This document shows, piece after piece, positions 60,692 through 64,000 of a stretch of 64,000 nt of DNA (positions within the stretch are counted from its first letter, which is position 1; each line of letters opens with the position of its first letter). The translations under genes were made by a program, and so were the position numbers. Below the pieces are notes generated by a model. The model ran no database searches, was not told where the DNA came from, and saw only the letters and a program-made list of their open reading frames with translations. The stretch comes from Phoronis australis (taxonomy: Eukaryota; Animalia; Phoronida): contig NMRA01000395.1 in the NCBI GenBank assembly GCA_002633005.1, forward strand, positions 168,994 to 232,993, in the 5' to 3' direction.

Positions 60692-62120
60692 TTTTTTTTT
60701 CACTGTGTTATATATTTATTGAAGGATACACAGAACATACAAAGAAATAATAACAAACCCAGAAACCGCGAAGCATTATATCTGGGTTGTAAACAATTCA
60801 TAAATGAAACTTATATACATAGAGGCATATACAATTAAGTAGTATCTAAAATGAGTATTCCAATACTTAGACATGCTATTACACATATATAAAAACAAAA
60901 ATATTTACAGATTCATGTAGGGAAATCAGATGCAACAATATTGATAAACGGTACATAAAAATTTGCTAACGTTGCTTAGGAGGAATTCATTGAGAACAAA
61001 GTCAAGGTTAGGACTACCATTCAGTAATAATGTAACTCTAGTAGGGATATTATTACAAGAATTGAGAGCGTTAACAATTGATTGGTTATCATTGAGTGCA
61101 CGAAAGAGTGAGTCTCTCAGGGATTCGATGAGGGGACATTTGAAGAAAATATGAGGATAAGATTGATGGTCACCACATTTACAGTTTGGAGAGACATTAC
61201 TAAAGTTGTGCCTGAACTTGTCAGAGTTGAGGAAAAGGCCACATCTTGATCTGTACAATGCTATTTCGTTATCGCGGGTAAGGGAGAATTGAGTCAAGGG
61301 TGTTGAGTTATCAAAATTATGAAAAACAGTTCTAAAATTATTTTTTATACTCGTAAAAGAGTTGCTTTCCTTAACAGAGACTGGAAGAGAATTCCAGTTG
61401 TTGATGCACATCATGACTGTAGACCTTCTGAATGCCTGACTGAACGACGGAGGAATTGCATATGGGGTGGAGAATCTCAAATCACTACGATGGCCTTGTC
61501 TAATATATAGATCAAATATTTTTTTGACAGACACGTTGTTGACATTGTTTATTACCTTGAAAGTAAATGTGGTCATGTGAAGATTGCGTCGAGTAGACAG
61601 TTTGGGCCACTTGAGACTATTCAAAACCTTAACACTATTGGATCCCCTGTAAGCTCCGGTTATGAGTAAGGCGGCTTGATATTGTAACTTCTCCAAATGT
61701 TGGAGTGCACCCGTATTGGCAGACTGATATATAATATCACAATAATCAATGTGTGGAAGTACAAAGGACTTGAACAAAACTTCTAAATGTGTAGAATTCA
61801 GATGACGAGAGACAAGCTTAAGTGGGTTAATTAGTTCCTGAGTTTTTTGTACGAGCTCCCGAACGTGAGGGGTGAATGAGAGTTTTTCATCTAACAGTAT
61901 ACCCAGATGTCTGTGCGACTGTTTTCTAGGAATGATTTCATCATTAAGTTTAAGGTCATAAGACGGGTCAACAAGGAAGAGAGCATTGATAGATTTGGAG
62001 AAGGTGAGGTCAACGCTTTTTTCCGGTTTAAAATTCATTCTCCATTCTTGTGACCAATAGCTTAGTTTATTTAAGTCGTGTTGGAGCTGCAAAGAACATT
62101 CAGGGCTGCTCCCTGCGAAG
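60692..62120 (-). mobile_element. Young 5'-truncated CR1/L2-group LINE with poly(A) tail and ~20-bp TSD
   Basis: Poly-T 60691-60700 and TTTATT (AATAAA on minus) at ~60715. Flanking direct repeats GGGTAAAAA(T)AGAACAAGAAT at 60671-60691 and 62121-62140. Confidence 0.9.
60926..62119 (-). CDS. C-terminal fragment of LINE ORF2 (late RT domains, C-terminal zinc knuckle); no true start
   Basis: LQHDLNKLSYWSQEWRMNFKPEKS, HRHLGILLDEKLSF, FVLPHIDYCDIIY, CKCG..HIFFKCP. Frame is open up to the insertion edge. Confidence 0.9.
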   Translation of the reverse strand, partial: FAGSSPECSLQLQHDLNKLSYWSQEWRMNFKPEKSVDLTFSKSINALFLVDPSYDLKLNDEIIPRKQSHRHLGILLDEKLSFTPHVRELVQKTQELINPLKLVSRHLNSTHLEVLFKSFVLPHIDYCDIIYQSANTGALQHLEKLQYQAALLITGAYRGSNSVKVLNSLKWPKLSTRRNLHMTTFTFKVINNVNNVSVKKIFDLYIRQGHRSDLRFSTPYAIPPSFSQAFRRSTVMMCINNWNSLPVSVKESNSFTSIKNNFRTVFHNFDNSTPLTQFSLTRDNEIALYRSRCGLFLNSDKFRHNFSNVSPNCKCGDHQSYPHIFFKCPLIESLRDSLFRALNDNQSIVNALNSCNNIPTRVTLLLNGSPNLDFVLNEFLLSNVSKFLCTVYQYCCI

Positions 62121-62829
62121 GGGTAAAAAAGAACAAGAATAATTAGTCATCTTGTTCAAATCAAACACAATTAAATACACTTACAGCTGAAATGCTCCTA
62201 AAACTATCTTACGTAATACAAAAAACATGCTCTGTAGTTAAAGATCATGTTTCTTTTTGTCTCAAAACTATCAACTGAAGGTGGTGACATGGACAAGAAG
62301 ACAAGCAAGGTCCTGTGGAAAGTAGATATGTAACTCCGGGTTGGAAACACCGGTCAGCTTCCAGGCCCGTTGCATCGGACTGCAGGTCCTGTATTCTTGT
62401 TAGACTACCCCTAGGACCACAAGAAGGAACGACTACCAAATCTGATTCAACTGACTTGTCATTTTTGAAATTGGTGGAGGATTTTCGTAGTCGCCGCAGA
62501 CAGAGAGTGCCACAGGGTCCCAGTGTCTTTGTCCGGATTCATCTTAATCTTGGGACACCATGGAGTCCAGGGTATTGTACCTCAGACGGTACAGGGTGGG
62601 AATTAACAAGACCACAAGTACACAGACCAGTGGATGAGCGAGCGAAATTGGGTCGCTGCAAGTTCAATCTTTCTTAGGTCTATATAGGTGTAAAGCTCGT
62701 AACGCTAGGACGTCGCTAAAAAGCAAGAATTCATGAGATTACGTGATATATTGTATATTTTAATTGTAAGCACGTGATTTTGGCTAGATTTTTCTAGTCC
62801 CAAGACAGCTACTGAACTCTACCCTAGCC

Positions 62830-64000
62830 TGCATCCAGGGGCGCAAGGGTGAGACTCTCACGAGTACGCAAGACTGAAGAATTCGAGAGGTATGGTCAGG
62901 TATTGCAAGCAAAGCACACGATCACACTAGCTTCTTTAGCGAGATTCTTGCATCTGCGATGCATATCGGAGACCTAGGCAATGACCATCACCTCTGTTGG
63001 CCCGGCCCAACTGAGGTGATGGTCATTGCCTAATCGGAGACCTAGGCCTACAGGGAATTTGTAAGGGTAGTGAAGTGTGGCTACATGGATGTACATTAGT
63101 TTTTGATATGTTTTATAGTACAGAGCAAAGTATTTTGCAGGCGAATGGGCACTTACACAACATAGACAGGGATGCCATGTCACTGTAACAATTGCGTGTG
63201 CGCCACGTGCCTTTTGTGCTGGGCTTTGTACTGCTAAACACGCAACGGCGTTCTTACGCGAATAAGCCCTTACCAAGAAAGCATTAGCAGCTGCACTGAA
63301 AAACAAAAGAGGTTTGAACTGCATACTTATTTTTAGGGAAAATTTTTCGTTTCAACCCAAAAATTGCATTGTCAGAAGCACTGAATGTTGTATGAAGTCA
63401 GTGGTGACTCCTTCCTTGCTAACTGTCCCATTCAAAATTATTAAGCAAGCCCAGAACGGTTACACGAAACTTATTGTCCGACGATAGTTAATCGACTGAA
63501 AAGGAAGAAGCATAAAACCTCCCGTGCACGACGCAGCCTCAGTCGCTGGGGCTCACACGGTGTGCGACTTAATTATGTTTGCTTTGTAACCAGCTTTACT
63601 TTGGCTCCGTCTCATTCGGCTGCCGCTGTTATTACCTACACTATTTTGGACGCGCGATATCCAACAGACAGACGTGGCTGTGTATGGGGGGGCCTAAACA
63701 AAAAGTATTTCTCCGAGATCGAGTCAAGGATAAAATACGGACACGTCGTCGGGAGATTTTAGCCACTGATAAGCGCATTTGCAAAGGCCAGGACGTTTTA
63801 AAAATAAAAAGTTTCGTAAACCCGCAAGTTGATGTCAGACGTGCAAGTTCAATGTCACAGTCGGAAGTCGAACAGCACGGTCTAATTAAACCAGAGCACA
63901 TATTATTGTCACGCTACAACAAAAAGTTGCAGTCTTTGGTGTATTTCCCATTTGAGTGTATTTTCATCAGAAATTTTCATCATGTGGGACTCGGTGATTC
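62830..64000 (+). mobile_element. Internal part of the 1-485 / 20.2-21.6 kb element family, running off the window
   Basis: Aligns with 20400-20890, 21202-21640 and 1-110. Confidence 0.75.

Noticed and set aside
62315-62677. 120-aa ORF
   Set aside because: No recognisable motif, non-ATG start, no convincing splice sites.

Overview
Repeat-rich, AT-rich animal (most likely invertebrate bilaterian) genomic DNA from a draft assembly with one long N-gap and several single-N joins. The only confidently identifiable host gene is the 3' part of a BAK (Bcl-2 family, pro-apoptotic) gene on the + strand. It has three coding exons (1527-1670, 8049-8229, 9323-9436) carrying BH3, BH1/BH2 and the C-terminal TM anchor; upstream exons lie outside the window. 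A second, long-intron + strand gene may start near 18.1 kb, with a possible start-codon exon at 51926-52064 (weak). Almost everything else is transposon-derived: nested LINE relics, three families of non-autonomous Helentron-like (HINE) elements, TA-flanked TIR elements, a TTAA-flanked Kolobok-like element with a decayed P2X7-ballast-like ORF, a truncated Mag-type Gypsy element, a young 5'-truncated LINE with a TSD, tRNA-derived SINEs and minisatellites. Most provided ORFs are spurious. I cannot demonstrate a new biological system. The best candidates are (i) HINE families whose ~150-bp internal units each carry one CTCF-like or YY1-like motif, (ii) a minisatellite that multiplies the BAK splice donor, and (iii) the Kolobok/P2X7-ballast link. 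Repeat boundaries were read by eye and are approximate unless termini are quoted.
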